DNA of 24,027 bases from Octopus sinensis. Its lineage: Eukaryota. Below are positions 22,861-24,027 of the stretch, one piece after another. Under the pieces are notes generated by a model. That model was not told the origin of the DNA. It searched no databases and saw only the letters and a program-made list of their open reading frames with translations. The stretch spans positions 1 through 24,027 of the forward strand of contig NW_021836497.1 in the NCBI RefSeq assembly GCF_006345805.1. The letters are read 5' to 3'. Numbering within the stretch: the stretch's first letter is position 1; the number at the start of each line of letters is the position of its first letter. The translations under genes and the position numbers were made by a program.

Positions 22861-22950
22861 ATGGATTCTTAACCTTGCCAAATAATCACTCTAAATATTC
22901 TCCATATGGATTCTTAAGCTTGCCAAATAATCACTCTAAATTTTCTCCAT
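22861..22950. repeat. 45-bp tandem duplication
   Basis: atggattcttaaccttgccaaataatcactctaaatattctccat is followed by a copy with 2 substitutions. Confidence 0.9.
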
Positions 22951-23109
22951 AAAAATCTAATAATTCAATCATTATTTCAACAAAAATCTGATCTATGCGA
23001 TTCGATCCATGAATTTATCTACAAGCATTCTATTGTAAACTCATAATACAACAACAAAACTTTCTATACAAATAATTTCATGTTCTGAATTTGACACATC
23101 TATTTACAC

Positions 23110-23398
23110 CTTCACTTCCACCCCTGGCTGAACTCTAAACAATAACATAATTGAGACATCAAAGCACGAACATTTTCTGCTGAAACCTTACATATAAATA
23201 TTTTCCTTCTATCTGCTCTCAGAACTTTCCTCCTACACAGCTGCTTTCTCTGTGCCACAACACCGTATCTAATTATCATTCGCATAGCTCCAACTACTCT
23301 AAAACAACTTGCCAAATGTACATGAAACCAAATGGAATCCAAGTAAAACTGTTTAAATGAGAGCAAGCCAAAACTTTGAAGTCAATGTCAATCTTTTC
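23110..23398 (-). pseudogene. Decayed C-type-lectin-like exon
   Basis: Acceptor tttttaaatttttaccag|. Joined frames read ACSHLNSFTWIPFGFMYIWQVV ... SWSYANDN*IR/YGVVAQR, matching the CTLD N-terminal C-x-W-x2-FG...SW-x2-A-x3-(C) pattern. Confidence 0.45.
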
Positions 23399-23509
23399 CT
23401 GGTAAAAATTTAAAAAATACGTATTTTACTAAATGTAGTTAACTACTCTTTGTTGCTATGCTAAATTATGTTATATATATTACTTTGACAGAAAAACAAA
23501 TATAATATC

Positions 23510-23922
23510 TATTTGTATTTCTTTACTACCCACAAAGGGCTAAACACAGAGGTGACAAACAAGGACAGACAATCGGATCAAGTCGATATATCGACCCCCG
23601 TGCGTAACTGGTACTTATTTAATCGACACCGAAAGGATGAAAGGCAAAGTCGGCGGAATTTGAACTCAGAACATAGAGGCAGACGAAATACCTATTTCTT
23701 TACTACCCACAAGGGCTAAACAAAGGTGACAAACAGGGACAGACAGACGGATTAAGTTGATTATATCGACCCCAGTGCGTAACTGGTACTTATTTAAACG
23801 ACCCCGAAAGGATGAAAGGCAAAGTCGACCTCGGCGGAATTTGAACTCAGAACGTAACGGCAAACGAAATACGGCTACGCATTTCGCCCGGCGTGCTAAC
23901 GTTTCTGCCAGCTTGCCACCTT
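23510..23922 (-). mobile_element. SINE group C (Meta-domain-like) with internal tandem duplication; 15-bp TSD
   Basis: Head aaggtggcaagctggcagaaacgttagc, B box gagttcaaattcc. Units start at 23516 and 23693. TSD aacaaatataatatc at 23495-23509 and 23923-23937. Confidence 0.9.
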
Positions 23923-24027
23923 AACAAATATAATATCAGTGAATAAAGCAGTTATGAAGTTAAATAGCCGTCTAAGTATCAAATACCTGAATGACAGACA
24001 AGTCCATTACTGTATTCCTCGAGACAA

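Overview
AT-rich, microsatellite-dense eukaryotic DNA. It is most likely an octopod (Octopus) genome, inferred from the tRNA-derived SINE types and the (TA)n/(AAT)n/(CA)n/(TACA)n load. No intact protein-coding gene can be supported, and almost all ORFs in the track are translated microsatellites. The unique sequence between the repeats appears to hold decayed genes, all read by eye. (i) A minus-strand multi-exon pseudogene (~8995 to ~1513) has recognisable splice sites and the order signal peptide, C-type-lectin-like domain, PAN/apple-like segment, small exons, Thr-rich stalk, transmembrane segment, Tyr-containing tail. (ii) A plus-strand, apparently intronless run of decayed Sushi/CCP-like repeats lies at ~9756-10850. 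(iii) Further C-type-lectin-like exon remnants lie at ~17.5 kb and ~22.7-23.4 kb. Mobile elements include three SINE groups (three copies with 12-15 bp target-site duplications, one apparent chimera), a Tc1/mariner-like TIR element with a nested SINE, and Penelope-like remnants with a mutated minimal hammerhead ribozyme. There are also four fold-back elements; two of these (possibly three) share a short internal motif despite having unrelated arms. Domain assignments come from manual, frameshift-tolerant reading and need HMM confirmation.
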